From Octopus sinensis (taxonomy: Eukaryota): a stretch of 64,000 nucleotides of DNA. Where the stretch lies: the NCBI RefSeq assembly GCF_006345805.1, contig NC_043000.1:21762001-21826000 (forward strand), given 5' to 3'. The notes below the pieces were generated by a model. It had not been told where the DNA came from. It saw nothing but the letters and a program-made list of their open reading frames with translations, and ran no database searches. Both the position numbers and the translations under genes were made by a program. Below, piece after piece: positions 37,188 through 50,681 of the stretch. Position 1 is the first letter of the stretch. Every line of letters begins with the position of its first letter.

Positions 37188-39904
37188 GCTTAGATCTTGC
37201 AATCATGAGCAAGATGTGAAACCTAATTTCATCCAGGCAGACAGAGCAAGAACAGAGACGATATGTTCATTCGCATTAGGTAATTAACATGGTTGAGGAA
37301 ACAATAATAGATGAAGTTCGATATTTCTGGTTAAGCTGCAAGGAAGTAACTTTTATTTTCACTATCATCATCATCACCACCACATCTTCATTTAACGTCC
37401 ACTTTTCCATTCTTGCAAGGGTCAGGGCGGAATTTGTTGAGACAGATTTTCTACAGCTGGATGTTCTACCTGTCACCAGCCCTTATCTGCTTTCAAGCAA
37501 GGTGACAGACTCATAGCTAGATACGTTTTTCATGGAAGACTGGAAAGGAATAACCTTTGTTGTATGATGATATTTGCTCATTTACAACTATCACACAATG
37601 TCTGGACAAGGGTATACACAAACACACACACACACTCAACAAGTTTCTTTCAGTTTCTGTATACCAAATCCACTCACATGGCTTTGATATACTCAGGGTT
37701 ATAGTAGAAGACCCTTGCCCAAAGTGCTATGCAGTGGAACTGAACCTAAGACCAAATGGTTGGCCAGTAAGCTTCTTAAACACAGTCACACCCTGACAAA
37801 ATAAGTTACATGCATGCATGTGGCATATACACTCACACCAATATCTGGCAAGTTTCAAGGCGGCAAGCTGACAGAAATGTTAGCATGCCAGGGGAAGAGC
37901 TTAGCAGTATTTTGTCAGTCTTTATGTTCTGAGTTCAAATTCCACCGAGATCGACTTTGCCTTTCATCCTTTCGGGGTTGACAAATTAAGTACCAGTTGC
38001 ATACTGTGGTCAATCTAATTGACTGTCCCCCGCTCACCTCCCCAAAAATTTCAGGCCTTCTGCCTAGAGTAGAAAACAATATTTGGCAAGTTTCTGTATT
38101 CTCAAAACCTGCTGAGAATTGATGGTGAAGACTACTTCAGTGTATGGGAACCATCAAGAATAGATCAGAAGTTGTTCTGGTTAATTTAACAACTTTGAAC
38201 TCTAGTAAACTGGCACGGGGTCAGTTACAATAAATAGGGTTCCAGTTGATGTGACTGAGCACTCCACGGGCACACATGTCCTTAACATTGTTCGCAGGGA
38301 GATTCATCGTGACAAGGTGTGAAATACAGGTACTATACATTTTTGCTTGCAGAGTGGTTTGGAGCAATGTGAAATAAAGTGTCTTGCTCAAGGACTCAAT
38401 GTATCGCTGAGTAATAGACTCAAGACCTTAGAATCATGAGCCAAATACTCTAACCATTAAGCCGTACACTTTCATTAAACCTTAGTAACAATAATCATGA
38501 TACACCATATTGCAAAGCTATCACCTTTTGCTAGCATACAGAAACAGGTTTTCCATCTTCATGTCTGACAATGGTGGAATATTTACCAAGCTTTTATTCC
38601 ACAGTCATATGGAGATAGATTCTTTGAAAATGTATACAGAAAACAATTTTGTTGGTTTTAATCTTTGTATTTATTTCATATGGATATTAAACCAATGTTT
38701 ACAAATGATCATCTGAAAATAACCTCATATAATGTTTAAGTTCCTTGTTGTGTGTTGAAATAATAAACTTCCTAAATTCAACATCACTGACATTTCTAAA
38801 CTATCTCAGCCTCATTATCAGGACATGAAATATTGTTGGCTTCTTTTCTGCCTCTTTTTATAACAGAAAACTTTTATTTATAGAGACTTTACCACCAGAA
38901 TTCTACCATTGATTTTCATGCCTTCAAGCACGTATTGTGCTGTTAGAGTTATGTGTTATCAGTCACATGTTTATCCTTGTGATGTATGAATATTGTTTAC
39001 AAAAGACAAAAGACAAAGGCAGGTGTATAAACAACAAACAGGTGTTTTAGTTTAACACTCGGGAAGGTGAGAAAATCTTTTACGTTTTTTGCCTACTCTC
39101 TTTAACAGATTTGTGTAGATTGAATTATGTAAAACTTCAGAGAAAGAAACCTAGCTGTTTTTTGTAATAAATACATCGAAAGCAAAACATTTTTATGAAC
39201 CCATAACATACTACTTGTGGACCCAATTTACTATTTTACTTGTATGGACCACAAAGGGTCATAGGAACACTGATTGAAAACCACTGATATAGAAAGTCTG
39301 ATGTAAGATGATGATAGTGGTGGTAGTGGTGGTGACAGTGGTAACAGCATAGGTTTTAGCCATTCAGCCCCAAGCTATTTAACTTTGAAGTCTCTTGTCA
39401 ATATTTCACTTCTGGATTATACCCTACCAAGGTCAATTTTGTCTTCCATCTTTATGAGGTGGACAAAATAAATATCAGTTTTGTATTGTGTGTTTTAATG
39501 TTTGTTCATCCCACCACCTGACAATCAGTGTTGGTTTGTCCCCAACTATAAAAGATAGACAAAGTAATCACACAGCAAGCTGTTCAAATCATTAAAATAC
39601 CAGACACCACTTAAGTATTAACTTCAAGTTCCAATGAAGCCTGGAACCACTCTGCCTATTATCAATTCTTCTATATTCAATTAAATACTCATGTTTAACT
39701 TTGCTTTCATCTGTGTTGACCACTTGCTGCATCTCCCCCTAACCATCTATCATTTACCCCTCACACTCCAATGAATTTACTTACTCATACCACCTCTCTT
39801 TATTTAGCCATATATGCCCTCTACTGCAAGACACTAGTTTCTGTTCCTTTATCATACTTTAATCTCTCATCACTATTGCCTGGCACCAAAGCTGCTTCCC
39901 TTGA

Positions 39905-40128
39905 CTCTTAGCATTCACATCTAAAGGGTCAAATCTAATGCTTATTTATTCACATTGTTTTGAATTAGTCATGTATCATCTTGTAGCTTTGAGATTTTCG
40001 ATGTGTGATTGTTTATTTTTAGAAGGACATTGTAGGATAGGTGTGATAGGCTAGATCTGACTGGTTTGAACATAAAACAGGCAAAATGTCCAGGCCGGAC
40101 ATGGCCAGTTTGAATGCTAAAGGGTTAA
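39905..40128. mobile_element. piggyBac-like MITE (CCCTTTAGCATT family)
   Basis: Right end GAATGCTAAAGGG|TTAA; left end decayed. Confidence 0.65.
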
Positions 40129-40690
40129 TACTGCTCCAACCCTCAGTTGAGCGATATTGCTTGCAAACTGCTTGATAACCCCCACATGGAGGACTCTGTG
40201 GAATGCACAGTACCATGTAAAAAGTACCCACATGGAGGACTCTGTAGAGTGGTTGGCACTTGGAAGAGCATTTAACCATAGGAACCATGCGAAAGCAGAC
40301 ATTTGAGCTTGATGCAGTCCTTTGACTCCCCAGCTCCTGTTGCCCTGTCCAACCCATGCCAGCATAGAAAACAAACATTAAATGATGATGGCACTAGAAT
40401 CAGTTCTGTTAGCTCTACCCATCCATATAGTTAGATGATCTTATACTTGTTTAAAATGATATCTATAGTGAAATCAAATTGACAAAGTGAACAAAAATCA
40501 TGATGAAAGACAAACAGACCCAAGTAAAAATGTCAATGGATGACGACCCACTTGAAGTTCTAGCACTTACAAAAATACTAAATTTTCCTTTTCCTTTGAT
40601 CTTACATACTGTCACTAAAAACGAACCTGACAATTCAGGATTAAGTCATTTGTAATTCGTGTGTGTATGTATGTGTATATATACATTTAT

Positions 40691-40726
<36 letters not shown>

Positions 40727-41548
40727 ATTATTATTATTGATCAACAGTAGTTACAGAGTGATACAAGAGCCAAGAGTTTCACGATTTGGCACTTATCAAA
40801 TGCAAGTTGATAATTGCTACTTGATGAAACTCTCAGCTTTTGAGCCATATTGTAACTTTTGCCAATTAATAATAAAAAAAATTATATATATGCTCTTGTT
40901 TTGAGAGCACAGTGGTGTCCTTGAACCAATCAGATCATGTAAAATCGTCCAATCCATGCCACCATGGAACCATGGATGTTAAATGAGGATATATATATGT
41001 AGCTTTATATTTTTGAAATATTTAGAAATAATTATTTTCCTGCAAAGGATCCAATTAATTTACAGGTCAAGTTACACTTAATTTTGTAAAATAACAATCC
41101 TGACACTTTTTTCCATGTATTATTTTACATTTTTTTCTTTCTTGTATATGTTCTATTCTTGTTCTTATATTCAGTATTATACCACAATTCAAATGGTGTT
41201 TCTATTTTTGTTTGTTTTTCTTGTCTTTTTTTCTAAATAATCTTGTTAAGGTTTTTCATAACAAATATAAACACAAATCCAAGATAGTTTATCTCGAAAA
41301 CTAGATTTTCAAGTGTGGGCTCTTTTCTGTTGACTTTTTCCAAAAACAAAAAAAAACGGATTTTGGTAGTGTAGCTACCAGGCAAGTGATTTGATCTAAG
41401 ACTGAAATTAAAGCAGTTACAGCATGAACAACACACAGTACCCATTCAGAAATACACAAAGGCTGTTGACCTTATTGCATCAATCAGATATGTATCAACT
41501 CAAAATTATATTATCCTTAACTGCAGAAAGCAGTTTTATACACCAAGT

Positions 41549-41958
41549 GGATCTTTTCGGTTTGAACGGCAGTTTTTAACATAATTTCTAGGTAACTAAA
41601 AAATTTTAAACTTCGTATACTGGTAGAATGTGTTTATAAAACATCTTTTTCTCTTGGCTTTATTGAGAAAATTCTATAGTTTCTAAGATATTTGTTTTTC
41701 TTCAATTTCTGCAATTTCAACCAATCACTGACATCCATTGAGGTAAAAAGCATTCTGTGCCGTATGAATATGTCTCTTGTTTAAGGAACAGATTGGGTTT
41801 ATTTACATTTCTGAAGAAAAATAGATACCCTTCCCCCCACCCCTAACACTAACCCTAAAAGGGATTGAAATGCAATAGATCGATACTAGGGTCATAATTA
41901 TGGTGACAATTTCATATGACACCGCTAGAAAAAACTGCTGTTCAAACCGAAAAGATCC
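41549..41958. mobile_element. MITE with ~28-bp GGATC TIRs and an 8-bp TSD (Merlin-like, tentative)
   Basis: GGATCTTTTCGGTTTGAACGGCAGTTTT / AAAACTGCTGTTCAAACCGAAAAGATCC; TSD CACCAAGT / CACCAAGC. Confidence 0.88.
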
Positions 41959-42143
41959 CACCAAGCTATCTTTTGTCAAGCAACATCGTGTTGAGGTATG
42001 TCAAGTTTATGGCAATAACATGATTTGCAGAAAATATCAGTTTTATTTTTTGGTTGATATTCAATATTACAAGATTAACCATGAAATTTAATTTCACAGT
42101 TAAAGAGTTAAGCATTTATTCTTTGGGGTTAAAATTTTCCTCA

Positions 42144-42222
42144 CACCACATACAACCTGGTCACTGATCTAGTCTCACTGCATTTCAGTGGAACTGCATC
42201 AGGGACCAGGTTGCAGTTGGTG
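42144..42222. ncRNA. Candidate pre-miRNA-like hairpin
   Basis: 28-bp imperfect stem (42153-42213), 5-nt loop and a basal CACCA/TGGTG extension, in non-repeat sequence. No expression evidence. Confidence 0.3.
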
Positions 42223-43664
42223 CAACAAAAATGTTGGCAGCAAATAATAAATGTTTAACGAAAGTTAACAGTCTTTGTGTGCTTCTGAATGACTAATATG
42301 AGGCTATCATGCTGTAATTCTGAAGAAAAAAAGAGTGCCATCCTTTTACATGCATGAATTCAACTAATTCTTTCTTATATTTTAATACTACTTATTTTCA
42401 TGATCAATAATAGATAATGAGGTCATTGTTAGAAAATGATTTAGGAACAATTGTTTTTTTTTTTTAAAGTTTATTGAAACTTTTTACAATTTTTTATTCT
42501 TGTAGTCACTAATAAGATACTACCAGCTTTCACCATAGAGAATTGCAGGTCATGTTTTATATAAGTTTATTTACTACCAGCAGTGCCTATGTTAACCTGA
42601 AATTTTGGCTTCAACAACCTCTTGCATTTCTTTTTATGATTTATAATTAAAATTTGATCACTGTCTAAATTTTTGACTGTTTTACATCAATTTCTCCATG
42701 CTAGCTTGGGTGAGATAGCTTATCCAAATTTAGTATTTTTCCTTCTCCTTTTTTTTTTTTTTACTGGTATTTTTACTTATAAATCATTCAGACTGAAGCA
42801 AACATAACCTAATGACTGTAATAATAAGGTTTGAACACAGAAACATGCATCTTATCTTCACAGCCATTGAACTTCATCAGTATAATATTTATATTTTCTC
42901 ATATTTGCTTTTCAAACATTTATCTATGCAATAAACCCTTTCACATTAAAAAAAAAGTGTGCAATTTTGTTTGGTCTTTTAAACTTTTGACTGAAAAAAT
43001 ATTAAAATATGTTTTTTGTGTACATGTGTGTGTGTGTGTGTGCACACCTTCATGTGTTTGTGTGTGTGAAATAAACATGGAATAACCTTTCAGTAAAGAA
43101 TTTCAAATCTATCATTCTTAGTCGACTAATTTTTATTGAACAAGTATTCCTTATGAAGCTTCCTAGTTTCGAAGCTAACCTTTTTATGTACAGCAGTTAT
43201 CAATAACTGATTTAGCGAAAGAATGCAGGGAAAAAATTTTGTTTACAATGTTATCCATTCACTTTTTAATAGAAAATAAGACACAAGTTTTAAACATAAA
43301 GCATTTATTCAATCAGTGATATAATTGACATTTAGTTTTAGTATCTTCTGCTATCTTATGGACAGATCTATTATTCTCTGCTCAAAGAATTTCCTGTCTC
43401 ACCTGGTGCAGAACTTTTTCAGGTGAATTTTTACATCTTCAGAACTGAAGGTTTGTCTATTCAATGAATTTTGAAAAAACCAACACTCAATTTGGATATT
43501 TGGAGAATATCTGCAATCATCCCAGTCATATAGTGAGGTTCAATTCAACTAATTCCTTCACTTTGTCACTGTTAATCTTAGTAGGCCTGAGCAAGATGCA
43601 TCTTGAACAGAAAATTTTTTTGGCTAAAATGTTGAAAATCACTTCTGGCACACGTGTTCCATAA

Positions 43665-44262
43665 CATCATCATCATCATCGTCGTTTCACATCCTCTTTC
43701 CATGCTAGCATGGGTTGGACAATTTTGACTGAGGGCCGGCGAACCAGAAGGCTGCACCAGGCTCCAATCTTGATTTGGCAGAATTTCTACAGCTGGATGC
43801 CCTTCCTAACACCAACCAGTCCAAGAGTGTAGTGAGTGCTTTTTATGTGCCACCAGCACAGGTGCCAGGGGGGGCTGGAAATGGCCACGATCAGTTGGTG
43901 CTTTTTACATGCCACCAGCACTGGGGCCAGTCAGGCGGTACTGGCAATGACCTCACTCAAATCTTTTTACACATGCCACCAGCACAGGTGCCAGTAAGGC
44001 GACGCTGGTAATGATCACGCTCAAATGGTGCCCTTTTACGTGCCACTGGCAGAGAAGCCAGTTGGCTGCTCTGGCAACAATCACGCTCGGATGGTGCTCT
44101 TGGCACCCTGCTAGCATGGGCACAAATGCCAGTAAGGCAATGCTGGTAATGATCACACTCGAATGGTGCCCTTTAAGTGCCACTGGCATGGAAGCTGGTT
44201 AGCCGCTCTGTCAGTGATCACGCTCGTATGGTGCTCTTTGCACCCTGCTAGCACGGACACCA
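43665..44262 (-). mobile_element. RTE 3' UTR fragment (family E) with the longest tandem array (roughly 8-9 diverged units)
   Basis: Same tail; repeated GTGC(T/C)TTTT(T)A(C/T)GTGCCAC motif. Confidence 0.7.
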
Positions 44263-44334
44263 GTCATCTTCTCTATATGCAACACATATCTTCTGGCAAG
44301 TTTCTGCTGCTTTATTTATTCTTTTCTTTTATTC

Positions 44335-44730
44335 TTTTACTTGTTTCAGTCATTTGACTGCGGCCATGCTGGAGCACCACCTTTAATCGAGCAACTCGAC
44401 CCCGGGACTTATTCTTTTGTAAACCCAGTACTTATTCTATCGGTCTCTTTTGCCGAACCGCTAAGTAACGGGGACATAAACACACCAGCATCGGTTGTCA
44501 AGCAATGCTAGGAAGATAAACACAGACACAAACACACACACGCATATATATATATATATACATATATACGACGGGCTTCTTTCAGTTTCCGTCTACCAAA
44601 TCCACTCACAAGGCTTTGGTCGGCCCGAGGCTATAGCAGAAGACGCTTGCCCAAGGTTCCACGCAGTGGGACTGAACCCGGAACCATGTGGTTGGTAAAC
44701 ATGCTACCTACCACAGCCACTCCTGTGCCT
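44335..44730 (-). mobile_element. SINE family B (young-looking, CpG-rich)
   Basis: Full-length match to other B copies. Confidence 0.9.
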
Positions 44731-45130
44731 ATTTCTTTTTTTTTTTTAAATAAAGAAGTATGACATGTTAATAATGTTTATTTTGGTTTTCCATTTTCAG
44801 GATGATCTCAAGCTCACAAAAGACAACCTATCCTGTCACAAGTTTGCAACAAACTAGGTTAACAAATTACTTATCTAACAAAGAAACATGCACAAAGGAA
44901 TAAAAAAAATCAAACAGTGTTGGTACCTAATGAGTATGTATGTGTAAAGGAAAAAAGCAAATACAATACTTCTGATCACAGATCAGCTCTTAAGTGTCCT
45001 TTTGACTTTGTCACTTTAAAGTTTATTTATTCAAGGTGCATTTCCTGAGATATAGAAAATCTGCCCTATTTACTAGAACATGCAAATTCACTTTAAAATT
45101 TGAATTGCTTGTGATTATATATATATATAA

Positions 45131-45515
45131 TAGGCACAGGAGTGGCTGTGTGGTAAGTAGCTTGCTTACCAACCACATGGCTTCAGGTTCAGTCCCACTG
45201 CATGGCACCTTGGGCAAGTGTCTTCTACTATAGCCTCGGGCCAACCAAAGCATTGTGAGTGGATTTGGTAGACGGAAACTGAAAGAAGCCCGTCGTATAA
45301 ATGTATATATATATATGTGTGTGTGTCTGTGTTTGTCCCCCCACCATTGCTTGACAACTGATGCTGGTGTGTTTACATCTTCGTAACTTAGCGGTTCAGC
45401 ACAAGAGACTGATAGAATAAGTACTAGGCTTACAAAGATTAAGTCCTGGTTTCGATTTCCTCGACTAAAGGCGGTGCTCCAGCATGGCCACAGTCAAATG
45501 ACTGAAACAAGTAAA

Positions 45516-45517
<2 letters not shown>
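45131..45517 (+). mobile_element. SINE family B
   Basis: Full-length copy. Confidence 0.9.
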
Positions 45518-45549
<32 letters not shown>

Positions 45550-45550
<1 letters not shown>

Positions 45551-45975
45551 AGAGTATTGTAGTTCGCTTGAAGCATTGTGTATTGTTTGTAAAGAATAAA
45601 ATGTTTTGAATGACACAACAATGCCCTATAATACAAACAACGGACTATAATAACTGTTGTAATTTAATCATCCATAGTCTGATACGATATTTCAGAATAA
45701 TAATAAGGAAACACTTAAAATTGTAAAAATGGTTTTTAAAAAGTTATTCAAGTATATTTTCCAATAAAACCATAAGAGTGGGATACTCAATATCAAGAAA
45801 TGTAGGTAATATCATTTCCTCTATAAATAATAAGAAATTAAATAATTATTATAATAGCATAATAAATAATAGCTCTAGCAATAATATAACCGATAGTGAT
45901 AGAAGTCTTGATCAACATATAGAAAAATGTTCATGCCGTAATAAGACTAAATGTAAACTCTCTAATAATTGTAAC
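45550..45975 (+). pseudogene. Penelope-like ORF fragment (region before the GIY-YIG domain)
   Basis: IFSNKTIRVGYSISRNVGNIISSINNKKL...CSCRNKTKCKLSNNC resembles the PLE motif IF.RNT.K.SYS...N...IIS.HNKK...C.CR...C. Confidence 0.6.
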
Positions 45976-46010
45976 ATTAGGCACAGGAGTGGCTGTGGTA
46001 TATCTAAATA

Positions 46011-46405
46011 TAGGCACAGGAGTGGCTGTGTGGTAAGTAGCTTGCTAACCAACCACATGGTTCCGGGTTCAGTCCCACTGCGTGGTATCTTGGGCAAGTG
46101 TCTTCTGCTATAGCCCTGGGCCGACCAATGCCTTGTGGGTGGATTTGGTAGACGGAAACTGAAAGAAGCCTGTCGTATATATGTATATATTTGTTTGTGT
46201 GTCTGTGTTTGTCCCCCTAGCATTGCTTGACAACCGATGCTGGTGTGTTCACGTCCCCGTCACTTAGCGGTTCGGCAAAGGAGACCGATAGAATAAGTAC
46301 TGGGCTTACAAAAAATAAGTCCCGGGGTCGATTTGGTCGACTAAAGGCGGTGCTCCAGCATGGCCGCAGTCAAATGACTGAAACAAGTAAAAGAGTAAAA
46401 GAGAG
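46011..46405 (+). mobile_element. SINE family B
   Basis: Full-length copy; its first 20 bp are duplicated at 45978-45997. Confidence 0.9.
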
Positions 46406-46409
46406 TAAT

Positions 46410-47285
46410 TAATTTTCTCCCTGGAATGTGACAGAAGCTGTTCTCTGCACATTTTCTGTGTTTATAGCACCTGAGCATTTGCCACATAAAAAAAAATATC
46501 TTCCCAGTTAGCCTCACTTTGATATTGCTGCACCTCTTATGTCTCCATAGCTTACACTGGGTACATCTTATAGAGTTTCTACCTACGCCTTTTCTACAGA
46601 TCAAGCAGGGCCATCTACCCGAAGGGATTTGTGGTTTGTCTACCTTCCTACTTATTAAGACTTTGGTTTTAGCTAGGTTGACTTAAGACCCTTCGGTTCT
46701 AATCCATGCTTCCACACCTGAAACTTTTCCTCTAGTTCTGATAGTGACTCAGCAATTAGAGCAAGGTCATCAGCATAGAGGAGCTCACAGGGACATACTG
46801 TCTTGAATTCTTCTGTTATTGCCTGGAGGACTATGATAAGTAGGAGGGGGCTGAGGACTGAACCTTGGTGGACCCCTACCTCTACCTGGAATTCTTCACT
46901 GCACTTGTTGCCAACCCTCACCTTACTGACAGCATCCCTGTACATGGCTTGCACACCTCTCACTTACCATTCATTTATCCCTAGTTTCCTCATTGACCCC
47001 CTGATAAGTGATCGGGGGACCCTGTCAAAGGCTTTCTCCATGTCAACGAAAGCCAGGTACAGAGGTTTATCTTTGGTTAGGTATTTCTCCTGCAGCTGCC
47101 TTACCAGAAATATAGCATCAGTGGCACAAGCCCAAACTGCATCTCTTCTAAACTGAATCTCTCCCTAATTAACTGGGCTATGACCCTCTCCATGACCTCC
47201 ATTACCTGATCCAACAACTTGGTACCTCTGTAATTATTTGTATCTAAAGCATCACTTTTACCTTTGTAGCAGTTGACTATGGTGC
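46410..47285 (-). pseudogene. RTE (BovB-like) RT fragment
   Basis: VGVHQGSVLSPLL...LLYADDLALIAES; same family as 57520-58600. Confidence 0.9.
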
Positions 47286-47888
47286 TGCTGCTGCTGCTGT
47301 ATGTATGTATGTATGTATGTAAACAAGAGAGACAGAGACGGGCAGAAACAAGGAAAATGCCACTTGTATTTGAAGACTATGTAAATATTCTTTTAAAAAA
47401 ACTTTTCTTTTAATTTTTCCAAAATTTAATTGTCTTCCATACTTACAGTTGAAACTGGTACTGAAATGTTTTTCATAAAATCATCTTAGCATTTTCTATC
47501 TTGACTTTTTTTCCATATATATCAACTCGTGTGTTCCTTTTCAACCTCCCCCCCCCCACACACACACATATTGAGAGAGAGAGAGAGAGAGAGAAAAAAC
47601 AGGTGTGGTATTTAATGCTTTGTCTTATAAAGCATTAGAGTATTTACCACATAAACACACCCCAGTGTCATGCAAATGGTACCTCTATGTCAGTGGCACA
47701 TAAAAGCACCCATTACACTCTCAAAGTGGTTGGCATTAGAAAGGGAATCCAGCTGTAGAAAACCATGCCAAATCAGACTGGAGTCTGGTGCATCCTTCCA
47801 GCATGCCAGCCCAATCAAACTGTCCAACCCATGCCAGCATGGACAACAAACGTTAAATGACGATGATGATTATATATATATATGTATG

Positions 47889-47934
<46 letters not shown>

Positions 47935-47936
<2 letters not shown>

Positions 47937-48125
47937 TATGTGCCACTGGCATGAGTGCCAATTTGCATGACACTGGTATCTGCCACAACTGCGATTTTGC
48001 TCGGGTTGATGGGTCTTCTTCTCAAGCATGATATAATGCCAAAGGTCTCGGTCATTGCTTCTGTGAGGCCTAACACTCAAAAGGAACTCAGCCACTTTGC
48101 ATCTGTGAGGTCCAACACTCGAAAG
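47935..48125 (-). mobile_element. Junction of an RTE ORF2 end with the first family E unit
   Basis: NDRDLWHYIMLEKKT (cf. 58540-58585) runs into CCAGTGGCACATAAA. Confidence 0.65.
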
Positions 48126-48707
48126 GAATTTATATATATTCATCTTTTATATATATATATATATACACAGTGTGTGTGTGTGTGTGTATATATACAGTGT
48201 GTGTGTATGTATATATATATATATATATATATATCAGTGGTATGCAGTTGAGATATGCTAGTCATGCACTGCATTCTTTTATTCAGTTGCGGCCATGCTG
48301 AAGCACCACCTTTAGTCGATCAAATCCTAGTACTTATTCTGTCAGCCTCTTTTGCCAAACCGCTAAGTTATGGGGATGTAAACACAACAGCACCGGTTGT
48401 GGGGACAAACACAGACACACAAATGTATGCACACACACATACATATATACAACGGGCTTCTTTCAGTTTCTGTCAACCAAATCCACTCACAGGGCTTTGG
48501 TTGGCCTGAGGCTATAGTAGAAGACACTTGCCCAAGTTGCCACGCAGTGGGACTGAACCCGAAACCATGTGGTTCATAAGCAAGCTACTCACCACACAGC
48601 CACTCCTACACCTATATATATATATATATATATATGCATGTGTATATATATATGCATGTGTATATATATATATATATATATATATGCATGTGTATATATA
48701 TATATGC

Positions 48708-48750
<43 letters not shown>

Positions 48751-49111
48751 TGTGTATTCCCCTTCTCTCTCTTGCCGCTTCTCTTCTTCTATCTCTCCCT
48801 CTCTCTTCCTCATCTTCGACACTCCTGGCCACTTCCTTTTGCCTCCTGCTTTCGAGCTGAAAGGACGTGTTCCCTTGCACTACTACTACAACATCCTCGT
48901 CTTGCCAAACAAAGGCCTTTTCGTTTTGTTTTTCTCGTTTGTTTTCTTGTCTTTTGATTTCTCGTATTGTATTTTCTTTTTATTTCTCGTTTTGTATTTT
49001 CTTGTACGTGTATTTTTATCTTGTATTTTATTTTGCATTTGTATCGTTTTTACGTCCTGTTTTTGTCACATGTTTTTCTTGTCTGTTTTTGTCACATGTT
49101 TTTCTTGTCTG

Positions 49112-49464
49112 GGCGAAGTTTCGTTTGTCGTAGCACACGTTTCCGTCGATTTCCGTAAAAAACTTTTATTTTTTTACATATGGCTTTGTGGGAATATTTG
49201 AAGTAATGAGAGCGAAAAAGACTAAGAGGAAGCGATTTTATGACGAGGGAATTTCTTTTTGAAGTCTCCGTGTGTGTGTTTGATGGGGTGTGGGAGACAG
49301 ACAGTATGTTGTGTAAGTGAAGTGCTTCTGTTAGTGTGTGCGAAGAGACAGAGAGAGTAATGTGTCAAAGAGAGATAACTGAAATTTTTTACTCGGTGTA
49401 TGTGTATATGTATGTGTGTGTGTGTATGTATCTATGTATGTGTGTGTGTGTGTGTGTGTAAGTA

Positions 49465-49496
<32 letters not shown>

Positions 49497-49575
49497 GCCG
49501 ATTCAGTGTAATTTTTTACTCGGTGTATGTGTATATGTATGTCTGCATGTATGTGTGTATGTATCTATGTATGTG

Positions 49576-49609
<34 letters not shown>

Positions 49610-49717
49610 ATGTATGTATGTATGTATGGCCGATTCAGTGTTTACATTTTTTACGGAAATCGATGGAGGAAATCGACAATCGACGGAAACGTGTGCTACG
49701 ACAAACGAAACATTGCC
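49112..49717. mobile_element. Non-autonomous TIR element, GGC..GCC ends, ~40-bp TIR, 8-bp TSD (Merlin-like, tentative)
   Basis: GGCGAAGTTTCGTTTGTCGTAGCACACGTTTCCGTCGATT vs the reverse complement of the right end (2 mismatches); TSD CTTGTCTG (49104-49111, 49718-49725). Confidence 0.85.
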
Positions 49718-50005
49718 CTTGTCTGTTTTTGTCACATGTTTTTCTTGTCTGTTTTTGCCACTATGCGAGGCAATTTTATTTTAATTCTCTCGCAATGAAG
49801 GACTAGTTGACGAGTCGTGTCCTGTTTTATCCTTCGAAACATGCTTGAGTTAGCTAGAGACAGCTGATGAACTGGGGATTGTTCCTGTGTGTTTTGTCCT
49901 GTACCTTGTTTTTCTGTTGTAAAAAATAGTTTTTCCCGTTTCTGTTTCGTCTCTGTTTTTTTGTTGTAAAAATATGGCTTGTCCATTTTCGTTTTTCATT
50001 GAGTT

Positions 50006-50419
50006 TGTAGTGATGCTACTGTGTAGGGTTCAGCGTGCATGCGCAGAATGGGACTACTTCCGGGTGGCCACCGGAAGTCTTCCCCATGCGCATGTACGGA
50101 AAACGTTCCCTTAGGCCCGCCAAACTCAAATCCTCCTCTCTGGCAAGTCAGCCAACACGATTGGATGTACATTTCGCAGGCTCTGATAACCTCACTGACT
50201 TAGCCGCCAACGACCATCTAACCTCTTCAACAAACGAACAAGAAGCTGTACATCAGAGGCTGTCCTTCTCCCATCAGACACACGTACGCCATCGCAATAA
50301 ATAAACGAACTGCTGTCTTTCACCTACAACCTGACTTCGTCTGTATTGTCTTACAAAAATTGTATGTGACTGGATCGGATCGACACCCTTTCAGTGAATC
50401 GATAACAGATCCTGTTACA
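50006..50419 (+). mobile_element. Solo LTR (Ty3/gypsy-like)
   Basis: TGTA...TACA ends, 4-bp TSD AGTT, AATAAA at 50296, GC-rich U3-like portion. Confidence 0.7.
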
Positions 50420-50565
50420 AGTTCTACGTCTAGTTGCAGTGTCCTGTACTCACGTATATATATTTATATATGCATGTATATATATATGTAGATGTAGGTA
50501 CGTACATATATGTTTGTATGAATGCATATATTTTATTTATTATATATATATATATATATATATGC

Positions 50566-50608
<43 letters not shown>

Positions 50609-50642
50609 TGTGTATATATATATATATATGTGTGTGCATGTG

Positions 50643-50681
<39 letters not shown>

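Noticed and set aside
41838-41860. Interstitial telomeric repeat (CCCTAA; also 62120-62133)
   Set aside because: Only 2-3 imperfect units, an internal part of the GGATC MITE.
43403-43620. Minus-strand exon ending CAG|GTGAGA
   Set aside because: All frames I checked contain stops, and the peptide resembles a decayed mariner HTH remnant (RPTKINSDKVKELVE).
49840-49890. Hammerhead ribozyme (GAAAC...CTGATGA)
   Set aside because: Stems I and II and the cleavage triplet cannot be arranged correctly. A similar tail at ~39075-39110 is too decayed to call.
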